The position numbers and the translations under genes were made by a program. Positions 50,080-60,758 of a DNA stretch of 64,000 nucleotides are shown one piece after another. The notes beneath the pieces are model-generated. The model was not told the DNA's origin and searched no databases. It worked only from the letters and a program-made list of their open reading frames with translations. This DNA comes from an uncultured virus (IMG/VR IMGVR_UViG_2684622652_000002) (Duplodnaviria > Heunggongvirae > Uroviricota > Caudoviricetes): IMG/VR virus record IMGVR_UViG_2684622652_000002; one strand, given 5' to 3'. How positions within the stretch are numbered: the stretch's first letter is position 1; every line of letters starts with the position of its first letter.

Positions 50080-50832
50080 ATGGAAAACACCACAAAAACT
50101 GAAGTGACGCATAACGTGCTATCTGATTACGCCAGCGTGCTAGGGGTTCCACAGGAGCAGTTTTACGAAGAGCTAAAGCGGGTTAAAGCCCTGGCTGATG
50201 AGATGGACCGCTTTACGAAGCTCATGGAACATGCAGGCCACCAGCTCAAAGAAGAAGAACCTCTTAACCTGGAATGCTTCTTTGCTAACAACACCATTTC
50301 AAGCATGGCCGCAGTTATGTTTGCCGCTGAAATGATTCGCGGCGGAGGCAAGAACTTTTTTACCTTTGACTATGACATTTCTGAATTTGGGCGGATAAAC
50401 GTCACTATACAGAAGCCAGACCATAAAACTCCTGCGCACCTCATCAAAGAACTTGATGATGAAATACTGGCACTAAAAGATGAGTGTATCGCCCTTCTGA
50501 CTCTTGCTGCCAATGACATCAATACCTCATGGTTATTTTGTAAGGCCTGTTTAAGCATGCAGGCCGCTCTTGTTTGCATCGAACAGGGCGATATTTACGA
50601 GGCCAAGAACTGGCTTGCATATATCACCGATAACGCAGTCGCTGAAATGCCGGATGATATGACGATTGCAGGTCTGGAGAAATGGTTCGACTCCAATATG
50701 GTGTCAAACAACGGTTCACACGGATTCCTGACCCATCGCGAAGCGGTCAATGCGTTACGGAAATCCTTCCCGGCCACCAGCAAAGCTATCGACGAAGCCA
50801 CCAATGATCCCCTTAAAGGAAATGTTAAATGA
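50080..50832 (+). CDS. Hypothetical protein
   Basis: AGGA RBS before ATG 50080. Confidence 0.7.
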   Translation: MENTTKTEVTHNVLSDYASVLGVPQEQFYEELKRVKALADEMDRFTKLMEHAGHQLKEEEPLNLECFFANNTISSMAAVMFAAEMIRGGGKNFFTFDYDISEFGRINVTIQKPDHKTPAHLIKELDDEILALKDECIALLTLAANDINTSWLFCKACLSMQAALVCIEQGDIYEAKNWLAYITDNAVAEMPDDMTIAGLEKWFDSNMVSNNGSHGFLTHREAVNALRKSFPATSKAIDEATNDPLKGNVK

Positions 50833-51443
50833 AAGAAATCGTAATGTATGACTCCCCGGAGGCGGCCAGCATTCAGACGTTAACTGGTTGGGTAGATCGA
50901 CATGGCAGATTTTGGGGCGATGATGAACATATGGCGCGCTGGTGTGGGTCTACACACCAAAAATGTGAGCGGAATCCAGAACACCCCATTCGTGAGAATC
51001 GCGGCTACTGTGAAGCCTGCCGCGATGAACGCCAGCAAGCACTTTACATGGCTATGGAGCGGCAGCCGTGGGACGGCGATACAATACTGCACTTGCATAA
51101 TACTGACGTCTATTTTCAAGATATGGAGAGCATTCGCGACCACTGCTTAGAACGGCACGTATTACCAGAGGAGCTACAGCTGGTGGTATGTAACCCCGTG
51201 TATCCGGAAGAGATAGACGGTAGTGACCACTTTTGCGATGACCTGCCTGAAGATGGTGAATTACCCAGCGAACTGCAAGAAGCATTTGACCGGCTGAATG
51301 AAGTAATCCGCAAATCCCCGCCGCTATCATGGTTCCCAGGCGAAATTGCCGCCATTCTTCCAGACGGCATCCTGACTGCTGAAGAGCGTCACGATATTGA
51401 AATAGCACGACCGGAGGCTGCTGGTGTTGATGACAAAAGTTGA
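50829..51443 (+). CDS. Conserved hypothetical phage protein with Cys/His cluster
   Basis: MYDSPEAASIQTLTGWV...ARWCGSTH...YCEAC. Confidence 0.75.
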   Translation: MKEIVMYDSPEAASIQTLTGWVDRHGRFWGDDEHMARWCGSTHQKCERNPEHPIRENRGYCEACRDERQQALYMAMERQPWDGDTILHLHNTDVYFQDMESIRDHCLERHVLPEELQLVVCNPVYPEEIDGSDHFCDDLPEDGELPSELQEAFDRLNEVIRKSPPLSWFPGEIAAILPDGILTAEERHDIEIARPEAAGVDDKS

Positions 51444-51873
51444 CGCCTCGCAATTGACCGGCGCCGCCCTTGATTGGGCGGTGGCTAAAGCGCTGGGGTA
51501 CACGATCTTTATGGCGAATCACGATTGTGGCCCTTACTGCTGGCCTGGTAACGGCCACTTAGCGGCGCTGACATCACAGCATACCGTGATCATTGTAGGC
51601 GTAACAGGCCATATCAGCATTGAGGGACCAGATAATGTGGAAACCTGGCAACCTACTACAAAGTGGTGCCAGTGCGGTCCGCTGATCACCCGGTATTTGA
51701 TTGAGCTGTCGCATGAGCTGGTGGGTAATGATAAGAGCGTATGGTATGGACACAGCGACATGCTGGATGAATGGTACAGTGCCAGCAGCCCTACAGAGGC
51801 CGTATGTATCGCCGCTGTAATTACCATGTTGGGCAAAAACGTGGAAGTTCCAACGGAATTATTAAAGGAGTAA
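51430..51873 (+). CDS. DUF2591/NinX-like protein
   Basis: LTGAALDWAVAKA, WQPTTKWCQCGPLI. Confidence 0.75.
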   Translation: MTKVDASQLTGAALDWAVAKALGYTIFMANHDCGPYCWPGNGHLAALTSQHTVIIVGVTGHISIEGPDNVETWQPTTKWCQCGPLITRYLIELSHELVGNDKSVWYGHSDMLDEWYSASSPTEAVCIAAVITMLGKNVEVPTELLKE

Positions 51874-51875
51874 TA

Positions 51876-52199
51876 ATGCTGAACCGTTTTTTCCTCTTCA
51901 TGTTGCCGCTTAATATGCTTGTATCAGTGGTTAACGACCAGTCATTATCAATTTGGTGGCTGATGTTTCTTTCCTGTGGGTTTATCGTCGTGTTTGCGCT
52001 TGAAAAACGCCGGTATTCTGCTGAAATGCTTGCTCACGACAACTTCATATTAGAAGTTCAGCATGAACTTCTTAGAGGCATTTATCGTAAACGCTTTAAG
52101 AGAATCCTTCAGCGCAACAAGTGGGCGATACCAGGATATGAGGGAGCGGCAGCTATCGCGATGACACAAGAATTTATGAAGGAATGGTTACATCAATAA
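51876..52199 (+). CDS. Membrane-anchored hypothetical protein
   Basis: AAGGAG RBS; two hydrophobic segments. Confidence 0.65.
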   Translation: MLNRFFLFMLPLNMLVSVVNDQSLSIWWLMFLSCGFIVVFALEKRRYSAEMLAHDNFILEVQHELLRGIYRKRFKRILQRNKWAIPGYEGAAAIAMTQEFMKEWLHQ

Positions 52200-52207
52200 T
52201 AGCTTTT

Positions 52208-52224
52208 ATTGCTCTAATAATTAT
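52208..52224 (+). promoter_or_regulatory. C1 operator/promoter for ref
   Basis: ATTGCTCTAATAATTAT followed by TATAAT. Confidence 0.8.
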
Positions 52225-52282
52225 GTATAATTGAGTCGCAAGAAGCGAACTGTCAACAATAAAATTACCATGAATCCTCCCT

Positions 52283-52308
52283 GACGGTCTTCGGACCGTC
52301 TTTTTTTT
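52283..52308 (+). terminator. Terminator/attenuator in the ref leader
   Basis: GACGGTC-TTCG-GACCGTC followed by T8. Confidence 0.8.
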
Positions 52309-52318
52309 GGGATAAACA

Positions 52319-52870
52319 GTGATACTGACGGAACAACAAATTGAACGGCGCCGGCAGCGCGCAATTGAGGCAAAGAACAGAGCGATTGCCAAACAGCGAG
52401 CTAAAATGTCAGACCCGGCATGGCGTGCGGAACAATATCAAAAACGTCGTGATGCTGAAAACCGGCGCCGGGAGCGTATGCGTTCTTCTCCCCCACCAGC
52501 TAAACCCCGCAAACCAATCAAGTCTCGCGGGTTAAAAGGCCGAACACCAACAGCAGAAGAAAAACGCATAGCCAATGCGCTTGGCTCCCTTCCCTGCATC
52601 GCCTGCTACATACATGGTGTAATAAACCATGTGGTGTCGCTGCATCATATTGATGGCCGCACCGCGCCGGATTGCCACAAAAAGCAGTTACCACTATGCA
52701 ACTGGCATCATCAATACGCAGCGCCACCGGAAATACGAAAAATTTATCCGTGGCTGGTGCCTGTACACGCAGATGGCAATGTCGGGGGGAAATCTGAATT
52801 TTCCCGCCTTAACAAGCCAGAAGGCGATCTACTGGTTGATGCGTATCTTCTTGCTGGTTTATTAGTCTAA
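52319..52870 (+). CDS. ref: RecA-dependent HNH nuclease Ref
   Basis: Basic N-terminus; GRTPTAEE, LPCIAC, SLHHIDGRT, LPLCNWHHQ. Confidence 0.93.
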   Translation: MILTEQQIERRRQRAIEAKNRAIAKQRAKMSDPAWRAEQYQKRRDAENRRRERMRSSPPPAKPRKPIKSRGLKGRTPTAEEKRIANALGSLPCIACYIHGVINHVVSLHHIDGRTAPDCHKKQLPLCNWHHQYAAPPEIRKIYPWLVPVHADGNVGGKSEFSRLNKPEGDLLVDAYLLAGLLV

Positions 52871-52897
52871 TATTTATATTATTTTAAGAGGTAATCA

Positions 52898-53149
52898 ATG
52901 GATCTGACGAAACAACAAGCACAGGTACTAAGTCGCCTGGCGAACGGTGAACAGGTGTTTAAAGGGGAAGACGATGTATATCGCTGGAGCGGAGACGCTG
53001 GTGGACAAGTCTGCACTGCGCCAGTGAAAGCACTGTTGAAACTGAACCTGGTACGCATTGCGAAGGTAAAAGGTGGATCTGTTCTACGTTGCGCCGTTAC
53101 CGCTGCGGGCCGGGATTACCTGAAGAATTCATGGAATAACCAAAAATGA
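52898..53149 (+). CDS. Small winged-helix-like hypothetical protein
   Basis: GAGGT RBS; LTKQQAQVL...VTAAGRDYL. Confidence 0.65.
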   Translation: MDLTKQQAQVLSRLANGEQVFKGEDDVYRWSGDAGGQVCTAPVKALLKLNLVRIAKVKGGSVLRCAVTAAGRDYLKNSWNNQK

Positions 53150-53664
53150 GCTTTGATATTAAAGAATTAACTGAAATAGATCTGGAATCAGCCGATTTTT
53201 CTGATGCGCTTATGTGGCTGAAGGAAGGTAAGCGTGTTGCGCGTAAAGGCTGGAATGGCAAGGGGCAGTTTTGCTGGATGGTGCCAGAAGGTCAGTATCC
53301 GGCGCGAACGGAAGCTATCAAAGGACATTTCCCCGGCGATATGGTGCCGTATAGCGCTTACTTTGCCCTGAAGAATGCTCAGGACGCTGTGGTGCCGTGG
53401 CAGCCGTCTGTGGGCGACCTACTGGCAACGGATTGGAAGGTATATGATGTGCCGGTGTCAGACATTCCCCCCTACCAACTGCGCGTACGGGAAGAACTGG
53501 CGCAGGTGAGCGATCGTCTGAATAAACTCAATGCGTTTATCGACGGTGGCAGCGAGACATTTGCCAGCCTGCCTTGTATTGAGCAGTCCCGTCTGCGCGA
53601 GCAAGCCACGTATATGGCTGATTATCAGGACGTGCTGATCAGGCGTGTGATTGCATTTTCATGA
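53146..53664 (+). CDS. DUF2829/Tad2-like domain fused to a helical C-terminal domain
   Basis: DFSDALMWLKEGKRVARKGWNGKGQF...VPWQPSVGDLLATDW. Confidence 0.82.
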   Translation: MSFDIKELTEIDLESADFSDALMWLKEGKRVARKGWNGKGQFCWMVPEGQYPARTEAIKGHFPGDMVPYSAYFALKNAQDAVVPWQPSVGDLLATDWKVYDVPVSDIPPYQLRVREELAQVSDRLNKLNAFIDGGSETFASLPCIEQSRLREQATYMADYQDVLIRRVIAFS

Positions 53665-53684
53665 GAACCGAAGGCGGCAATTGC

Positions 53685-54350
53685 ATGACCCATTCTGAAC
53701 TTAACGAAATTGCCCGCCGTTGGCTCCTCCGCGCTGAATCAGCGCGGGGGCCAGGGTGCAAGATAGCGTTGAATGAGGTTGGCGCTGTGGGCGATACAGA
53801 ACGTGCCGATGCATGGGGGTATCGATGGGGATGGAGAGGCGGCAGCGTGCTGGTGGAGGTGAAAGTATCTCGCTCCGACTTTCTGCGAGACAAACATAAA
53901 CCGCACCGTCAGCACGGCGGGCTGGGGGATTATCGCTATTACATGTGCCCTGAAGGGATCATTAACATCAGTGACCTCCCTGATCGCTGGGGGCTTCTGT
54001 GGGTAAATAAGCGCGGACACGTCAAGCTGATGGCCGGGCATATCTGCTGCCTGGTGGGTAATAGCTGGGGTGGCAACCGTGATCTTGCTTACTTCTGGCA
54101 GCACGAAACAGATATGGAGGTAGAGCGTGGACTGCTGGCCTACATGCTTCACCGCGTAGGCGATCCAGACGCCCTCTTACAGGAGCAGCGCGCCTATCTG
54201 CGAATGAACACTCAACAGGCTACAAAGATTAACGAGCTGGAGAAAAGACGGCGTGAAGACTCTATGACGATATACCGGCTACGTCGATTACTGGAGAAGA
54301 ATGGTATTGCTCTTCCCCACCATATTGAAAGCAGACTGGATGTATTATGA
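53685..54350 (+). CDS. PD-(D/E)XK nuclease-like protein (MmcB-like)
   Basis: RADAWG...LVEVKVSRSDFLRD...YRYYMCPEG. Confidence 0.72.
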   Translation: MTHSELNEIARRWLLRAESARGPGCKIALNEVGAVGDTERADAWGYRWGWRGGSVLVEVKVSRSDFLRDKHKPHRQHGGLGDYRYYMCPEGIINISDLPDRWGLLWVNKRGHVKLMAGHICCLVGNSWGGNRDLAYFWQHETDMEVERGLLAYMLHRVGDPDALLQEQRAYLRMNTQQATKINELEKRRREDSMTIYRLRRLLEKNGIALPHHIESRLDVL

Positions 54351-54572
54351 GTATCCGCCACCAGCCAGCATAACTGCGGTTTTTTGTTCCATTAAAAAAA
54401 TCGTTGACTCCCAACAAATGACTTCAGGCATGATGCCTACATACCCGGCGCTGATGGAGCTCTTTTCAAATTTTCCACGGACGGCACAAGCCAGCGCGCC
54501 GGGTATTAATCCTTTTCCAGAAGAAACCAGGCCGCCGTCATTATGGCGGCTTTTTCATTCCCAGGAGTGTCG

Positions 54573-55214
54573 ATGGATAAGAAGATTTGTGTCGTGTGTC
54601 TTAGCGTAGGAAAACCGGCAATGCTTACAGCCGCCTGGGTTAACGACGAACTGATTATGGCCGAGCGTAAGAACTATCCGGACCGCCGGCGCGCAATGGA
54701 GCTTGAGCTGCTAAAAGATCTCCGTGAGAAAGAAGAAAAAGGCTTTATCGTGCTGGTGGATGAAGAAAACAGTTTCATCACCGGGCGCGTTGGACAGCGC
54801 ATCCGGCTACGTGACGACCACACAAGCGGATGCCCTGTGCTGGTTGAAGCAATGCGTATTTATAAAGAACTGGACCGGCAAAAGGCTATCAAGCGCCCAC
54901 GGCAGGAGTCAGGGAAGTACATTCTGCATCAAAGCATTTTCGATTCTGACCGGGATAAAAAAGGCGAGGAGTTTTACAATATTAACTGGCAGGAGCTGGA
55001 AACAGAACACGTCCTGACACTCCTGTGCTGTTATGCGACGGAATACAACAACACCGCCAGCGCAGACTTCATAAAATCAATGACAGGTGAAATGTATCGC
55101 CATCACGAAACATCACTGATTGACCCTATGCTGAATATCATACGCGGAGTGCAACGAATTAGCGAAAAGCGCGTACCGCAAGGGAAACTCACAGGGAAAG
55201 GGAATATTCTCTGA
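54573..55214 (+). CDS. mat: Particle maturation protein Mat
   Basis: MDKKICVV...EENSFITGRVGQRIRLRD; AGGAG RBS; follows the ref region. Confidence 0.8.
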   Translation: MDKKICVVCLSVGKPAMLTAAWVNDELIMAERKNYPDRRRAMELELLKDLREKEEKGFIVLVDEENSFITGRVGQRIRLRDDHTSGCPVLVEAMRIYKELDRQKAIKRPRQESGKYILHQSIFDSDRDKKGEEFYNINWQELETEHVLTLLCCYATEYNNTASADFIKSMTGEMYRHHETSLIDPMLNIIRGVQRISEKRVPQGKLTGKGNIL

Positions 55215-55225
55215 CGTCTTTTCAC

Positions 55226-55244
55226 AAGTGACTTTGATTAAACT
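55226..55244 (+). promoter_or_regulatory. Lpa-type late promoter for the tail gene operon
   Basis: AAGTGACTT-N4-TAAACT. Confidence 0.72.
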
Positions 55245-55376
55245 TTCCAGAACTGAGTTACTGGAAGGTTTATCTAATGATTAATCGCCTGCATGTATCT
55301 GCCTACATTGCCTTAATGTTTTTTGGCTCACTTGTTAAAGCATTTTGTGCCATATTTGGCCGCAAATAAATTCACT

Positions 55377-55754
55377 ATGGCCACATCAACCACCAGCACC
55401 AACAGCATTGAGCAGTTCCCACTTTCGCGGTACGACGATCGAAACATCGCCGACCCTATTTTGCGCGCTGAACTGCGTAAAGAGGTTATGGCGATGTGCG
55501 AATCTAACGACCAGAACCTGACAATCTACTATGTGCTACCTGATGAGCAATACCGTGCGGATTTGATCGCGTATCGGGTGTGGGGTATTGAGGAACTACG
55601 TTGGGTAGTTACTCTGGCCGCCGGTCTGGAGGATGAATCTCAAGGGATGATGGTCGGACAGAAACTAAAACTGCCGCCGGCGACCTGGGTACGTGAAATG
55701 ATCCGTCATTTCCAGTTTGACGGCCAGGTAATTGGCACTTTGTCGATTGCGTAA
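55377..55754 (+). CDS. Baseplate protein (P1 gp26-like)
   Basis: EQYRADLIAYRVWGIEELRWVV LysM/gp53-like motif; synteny. Confidence 0.78.
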   Translation: MATSTTSTNSIEQFPLSRYDDRNIADPILRAELRKEVMAMCESNDQNLTIYYVLPDEQYRADLIAYRVWGIEELRWVVTLAAGLEDESQGMMVGQKLKLPPATWVREMIRHFQFDGQVIGTLSIA

Positions 55755-55766
55755 AGGAGCTGCACG

Positions 55767-56984
55767 ATGCCGGTTGAATACGCGCGCAACGAACAGGGAC
55801 GCTACCAGACCGATGGGTTAAGCGCTAAAGACTTCCATCGGGTATTTGAACTGATTCAAAAGCAGCAGCGTAAAAATCGCCGAAAAGCCCGTCGGACGCT
55901 TACACCTCGCACAATGGGTAAGCGTAATCGCGAACTGGACGCCTTTCTTAACCTCGGAAAGAAAAAGGATGGCACCTACTTCACCCCGGAAGACATACGC
56001 AATTTTGATGCAGCCAGGAAGACGCACAAAAGTAAGTTCCGAAATACGGTTCCGGGCATCACGTATGCGCAGCTGGTGGCACAATCCACCAGCATAGATA
56101 TTAAACGGGCTAATAACCGCGTTTCCGACGGCACAGGCATCAAAGCGGCGACCTTCCTCGGCATTAAGCACAACCTGGCCGTAGTCTCCGTCAAAGCATC
56201 TGAAGAGTCAGTCCACCAGCATCACCGCGTGCGTATTCGTTTCGAAGAATGGGATCAGGCAGTAGAGGATATGGGCGAAGACGGCGCAAATAAAGCGCGG
56301 ATCGCCGCTGACCTTTGCAAAGGGCGCGTATCGTTCGACTGTGATTGTGGCCGCCATCAATACTGGTATCGCTACATGGCTACCGCCGGTAACTATGCCG
56401 TCGCGCCACCAAAAGAATATGCCTTCCCCAAAATACGTAACCCGGATCTTACTGGCGTTGCCTGTAAACACGTCCTGCATACGATGACCCGCTTTCAGTC
56501 ATCCACCTGGCACCGGGCAATCATTAACTCACTGGAGAAGGCGGCTAAACAGGTAGCGTTTGGTGATGACAAGCGGAAAACGACCACGTTCTTTAAGGGC
56601 GAGATAGCCAAAGCATTAGCACGCAACAGAACCACAACGACAGATCAGGCCAAAGCTGCCAGGGAGTTTGAACGTTATCAGAAAGCCCAGGATGCGCTGG
56701 ATAAAAAACTTAAATCACCCAGCCAGGCAACGGATAAAGTCCGCCGGTTGCTGAAAAAAGCCAGGACGAAGGCCAATAAAAAAGAGGCTGAATTGCAGGC
56801 CGCAAAAGCGCGAGAGGAACAGGCCCGCAAAGAAGCTGCCGCACTGAAAAAAACGCTTCAGGCACAAGCTGATAACCTCATTAAATTTTTCATGAGTCAG
56901 GGCATGGATAAAGCGGCTGCTACAGCTCAGGCAAAGGCTATTCTGCAAACGCAGATTAACGAAGCACGGAAGCGAAAAGGATAA
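55767..56984 (+). CDS. Tail stability protein (P1 gp25-like) with SWIM-like zinc motif
   Basis: FDCDC...ACKHV; synteny. Confidence 0.78.
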   Translation: MPVEYARNEQGRYQTDGLSAKDFHRVFELIQKQQRKNRRKARRTLTPRTMGKRNRELDAFLNLGKKKDGTYFTPEDIRNFDAARKTHKSKFRNTVPGITYAQLVAQSTSIDIKRANNRVSDGTGIKAATFLGIKHNLAVVSVKASEESVHQHHRVRIRFEEWDQAVEDMGEDGANKARIAADLCKGRVSFDCDCGRHQYWYRYMATAGNYAVAPPKEYAFPKIRNPDLTGVACKHVLHTMTRFQSSTWHRAIINSLEKAAKQVAFGDDKRKTTTFFKGEIAKALARNRTTTTDQAKAAREFERYQKAQDALDKKLKSPSQATDKVRRLLKKARTKANKKEAELQAAKAREEQARKEAAALKKTLQAQADNLIKFFMSQGMDKAAATAQAKAILQTQINEARKRKG

Positions 56985-56987
56985 CCA

Positions 56988-57728
56988 ATGGCTGGTTTTT
57001 TCGACGATATGTTTGAAGACGGCGATGAATCGCCACATGTGACCGGTGATATTTTCCCGGAAGCACCTAACGAAGACGCCAGCGAGCTGGTGGACTTCAA
57101 TAAGGAAGATTTTACTCAGGAGGAAGAGGAAAAAGATGCTGGAAACGAAAGCGATGGTGTGGACATTGGGAATTTTATTGATCCTGTGGAGAACACTAAC
57201 CTTCCCTGTCTGGATCACGGCCTGCTTAGTGACTCTGGCGTGCGCAGCCGTTATGAAGGTCATGCAGTTTTTAATGATCTTGTGCGGATGGACTGGCTCA
57301 AAGCCATCAAATTAGACCCTGATTCATTCGATGCGGTGTTATATCGTTCCGTCCCGCATCAAAGGACAGACATTCCGGATACTGCGTCGGAGGTTATCGA
57401 ACCTAATCAGCAAATTTATGATTATCAGGAACCTGAACTAATTACCGTTCTGGACTGCCCGGATGAAATGGATTCCTTCCGTTCACTCTACGACGGCAGC
57501 GACAATACCGGCATAAGCGAAATGGCTCTCATTTTACGCCTGTCTGCGACTAACGTGCCGGTGGGCTCTATGCTGGAATGGCTGGAGCAACAATCTGATG
57601 GCTCCAGTGTGCGCCGGTTCTGGTACATACATCGTATTTTTAACTATGGAACCGCGAAGGTAGGCAGCCTGTTTTATTGCGTACCGTCACGGGCATTTGA
57701 GGGAAATTTTTATGGCAACGCTGATTAA
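56988..57728 (+). CDS. Tail protein (P1 gp7-like)
   Basis: [11 protein letters not shown] start; synteny. Confidence 0.75.
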   Translation: MAGFFDDMFEDGDESPHVTGDIFPEAPNEDASELVDFNKEDFTQEEEEKDAGNESDGVDIGNFIDPVENTNLPCLDHGLLSDSGVRSRYEGHAVFNDLVRMDWLKAIKLDPDSFDAVLYRSVPHQRTDIPDTASEVIEPNQQIYDYQEPELITVLDCPDEMDSFRSLYDGSDNTGISEMALILRLSATNVPVGSMLEWLEQQSDGSSVRRFWYIHRIFNYGTAKVGSLFYCVPSRAFEGNFYGNAD

Positions 57729-58503
57729 TCAGGAATGGTTACTGGCGATATTCCGCAAAAAGCAGTTAAAGCCAACCGGCAAACAGGAATTCGTCCCTGT
57801 TGAATGTATCGATACCGCTTTCGCTGCCGCCCTTAATGATGCGTTTGAACCTCTTGTTATCTCGGCAACCAACCGGATGAATAAGTCGTTCTCCGCGTTT
57901 CTTAAACGTTCTCCACGCGATCGCATTACGGTCGGTTCGTTCAATGACATAAAAGAGTGGTTTGCGGCAGTTGAGGCTTCACGCGCCGGCCGCAAAGACT
58001 CCACTCGCCAGCCGGTAAACAAACTTGCCATGCCGCTGGTTAACCTATCCCGATCGCCAGCCTTCTCCATTTATGAAGGGGAATTAAGCCGGGATGTGTT
58101 TAATGATGGTGAAATTACTGATGAGAATGGTGTTACTTCCGCGCTGGTGTCCACTATCCCATTTTCACTGAATTATTCACTGTGGATCGCCAGCGATGAA
58201 AAAGAATCTTTAGGAATGGTAGCGAGCGCGTTTGCTTTCTGGCTTCGTTTATACGCCAGTCATGGGCAAGCCAGCTTTACGGCCACCAGCGTAATCAGCG
58301 ACGTCGAAATGCCGATAAATTGCGTCATCGAGGGGCAAAAATCTATCGCATTCCAACCCTTCACTTCCGGCACAGAAGAGGACCGAATATTTGCTGTTGG
58401 GCTCGACATGACAGTCGTTGCTGATTTGCCGTTGCTTACATATGTCGAACAGGTAGACGCCAAAATCACGGTTAAAGCGAAAGTCCAGGACGGACCGCAA
58501 TAA
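57712..58503 (+). CDS. Baseplate/tail protein (P1 gp24-like)
   Basis: Synteny and size. Confidence 0.75.
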   Translation: MATLINQEWLLAIFRKKQLKPTGKQEFVPVECIDTAFAAALNDAFEPLVISATNRMNKSFSAFLKRSPRDRITVGSFNDIKEWFAAVEASRAGRKDSTRQPVNKLAMPLVNLSRSPAFSIYEGELSRDVFNDGEITDENGVTSALVSTIPFSLNYSLWIASDEKESLGMVASAFAFWLRLYASHGQASFTATSVISDVEMPINCVIEGQKSIAFQPFTSGTEEDRIFAVGLDMTVVADLPLLTYVEQVDAKITVKAKVQDGPQ

Positions 58504-58531
58504 GGGACCAGGTCACTACAGGAAGTTGTTT

Positions 58532-59548
58532 ATGGCTACTAAAACCACATCGGCCCCCGATGCCGGTTCAAAACGAACGCAGCTATTTTTACAGACCGTC
58601 AAGATTGGGGAAAATGAGATCCCGCGTGAAATGATTGTGGGATGCGTTTATGTCGAACCAGGCAAACTGACTGGCCCACAACTCATGTTAACGGTGCGTG
58701 ATAGTACAGCCTATATCGTGAATAAGATGGGAGTTAAATTTGGCACCATTTTAACCGCTTCTTTTGGCGATCCCGAAGGCATCGGCGGCCAACTATTTTC
58801 TGAAGAATTTTTCGTCCTCAAAGCTCCCAGGAAAGACGATACCGTGATGGTTTATGCGTTCAGTAATCAGGTTCGCCTGATGAAAGAACCGGCCACCAGC
58901 CCGCAGTATTTCGTAGACAAGCAGCCATCCGCTGTAGTTGGAGCGCTGGCGCCATCGTTGAAGGTTGTTGCAGACTCATTCAAGAAAACGTCTACTTATC
59001 ATCTCAACGTCGGAGAGAAGCCTACACAGGTGCTTCAGGATATGGGCCGGGATACCGGTTCTATGTGTTGGGTATCTCGCAGCGCAATCAATTTCCGCAG
59101 CCTGGATAAACTGGCTAATGCAGATGCAACTCTCACGTATGAATCCGGGAACCCGAATACCAAAGGATTGACGATCAGTCAGTTCAACATTCTGAATGCC
59201 GATTATGAATACCAACGCCAGCATAATTACCGCATGGCCAGCTATGACATGACTAAAGGCGTAGTGTATTCAGGGAGCAAAGATGCGCCAATTAAATTTA
59301 CCAGTAACCCGGACCCGATGGCGCTGGCCAACTACAACAAATTCCTGATGCCTCGTTTCGATATGCTGGTGGAAGGCAATTCTCTTTTAACGCCGGGGGC
59401 AGTTCTTAAAGTTCTGGTACACAGCATGAATCAGGATGGCGGACTGGATGAATCGGTGCCTGATAAAATGGTAGTGCTATCGGCAACACACTTTGAAGAT
59501 CGCTTCCGGTACATCACGCGGGCGCAGTTAGGAGTGGTCAATGGGTAA
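58532..59548 (+). CDS. Baseplate hub/tail protein (P1 gp6-like)
   Basis: Synteny and size. Confidence 0.75.
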   Translation: MATKTTSAPDAGSKRTQLFLQTVKIGENEIPREMIVGCVYVEPGKLTGPQLMLTVRDSTAYIVNKMGVKFGTILTASFGDPEGIGGQLFSEEFFVLKAPRKDDTVMVYAFSNQVRLMKEPATSPQYFVDKQPSAVVGALAPSLKVVADSFKKTSTYHLNVGEKPTQVLQDMGRDTGSMCWVSRSAINFRSLDKLANADATLTYESGNPNTKGLTISQFNILNADYEYQRQHNYRMASYDMTKGVVYSGSKDAPIKFTSNPDPMALANYNKFLMPRFDMLVEGNSLLTPGAVLKVLVHSMNQDGGLDESVPDKMVVLSATHFEDRFRYITRAQLGVVNG

Positions 59549-60149
59549 TTTCAATGGGAAATATCGCGCCGTCGTTGTCAGTGTCGAAGATCCTCAAGGC
59601 CTAATGCGTACCCAGATTCGCGTTAACGGACTGATGGACGGCTTACCGGATGCCTCCCTGCCTTGGGCAGAAACTATTCTTCAGAACGCAAATACCTTTT
59701 CGCCGTTCCTGGCGGGTGACAAGGTTTGGGTGGAGTTCCCATACGATGGCGACTCTCGCTGGCCGCTTATCATCGGTTTCGCTCAGGATGCTTCAGGCGG
59801 TGCGCCGAACGTCCCCCCAGAAGCATCCGGGCAAGGTACTGGTTACACGCCGCCTGATGTCGATGGTGCGCCGTCTATGCCATCCACCAGCGCGACCAAA
59901 GACTTCATTTACTCCCGTAATGGCTTAATGGAGATAAGAAATGCCGGTGGGGCATGGTCTGTAACTCATTTGGGTCGCGGTACAACAATTGGCTTTAACG
60001 AGGCCGGGGAATTGTTCGCAATATCACAGGGAGGCGCATTCATTTCGGCTGCCGGTGATATGAATATTAAAGCTGGTGGCAATATGGGGATTGAGGCTGG
60101 TGGAGTGCTGGGTATAAAGGCAGCAGAAGTTAAAGTGGATAAAGGATAG
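59541..60149 (+). CDS. Baseplate spike (gpV/gp5 OB-fold; P1 gp5-like)
   Basis: [33 protein letters not shown]; beta-repeat C-terminus. Confidence 0.85.
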   Translation: MGNFNGKYRAVVVSVEDPQGLMRTQIRVNGLMDGLPDASLPWAETILQNANTFSPFLAGDKVWVEFPYDGDSRWPLIIGFAQDASGGAPNVPPEASGQGTGYTPPDVDGAPSMPSTSATKDFIYSRNGLMEIRNAGGAWSVTHLGRGTTIGFNEAGELFAISQGGAFISAAGDMNIKAGGNMGIEAGGVLGIKAAEVKVDKG

Positions 60150-60204
60150 TGTGGCATTCTGTTTTTCAGTGGCGGCTGATGTGACGCCGCCAACTAAGTT
60201 ATTT

Positions 60205-60417
60205 TTATAAGCCCGCAAAACGAATTATCGCTCGTTCTGCATCAACTCTGGTCATATATGGTGTCGCCAATGCGACGCCAGCCCCACCAAATCTGTACGC
60301 GGGGAGTCCCGAAACCGTGAGATCAATCCATTGCTTACGGAAAATACCCACTAGCCCCTGAACCATGTAAACAGGCTGACCACATGAGTCAGATCTTTCA
60401 TCAATTCGATATTTCAT
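60205..60417 (-). CDS. Hypothetical protein
   Basis: 70-aa ORF downstream of ban. Confidence 0.55.
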   Translation of the reverse strand: MKYRIDERSDSCGQPVYMVQGLVGIFRKQWIDLTVSGLPAYRFGGAGVALATPYMTRVDAERAIIRFAGL

Positions 60418-60461
60418 TCACAGTTCCAAAATATCGAACATATCATTGCATATTGGCATAA

Positions 60462-60758
60462 TCAGGCCTCTATAAAGGTTTTCTCGCCATTAGCCCAACC
60501 ATCATCATAATCCACTTCGCCAGCGCGAATCATAGTTGCATGAGGTAGTACATCGCTCCAGTTCATGTTGTTCTCGGCCCAATCTTCGATCTCGTAAGGG
60601 TCGCTCTGAAAAAGAGGAAGCGTGTATTTCTCCAGGCTTTCTTCAAGCGTAATTCCATGTTCTTTGGCATAATATGCTGCGCAGTTATTGGCTATTACAT
60701 CAGTAGGAACCTGCCATACGCTATTGTCCGGCATTGTGACGTTCATAAACTTTTTCAT
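60462..60758 (-). CDS. Acidic hypothetical protein coupled to ban
   Basis: Start overlaps the ban stop. Confidence 0.7.
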   Translation of the reverse strand: MKKFMNVTMPDNSVWQVPTDVIANNCAAYYAKEHGITLEESLEKYTLPLFQSDPYEIEDWAENNMNWSDVLPHATMIRAGEVDYDDGWANGEKTFIEA

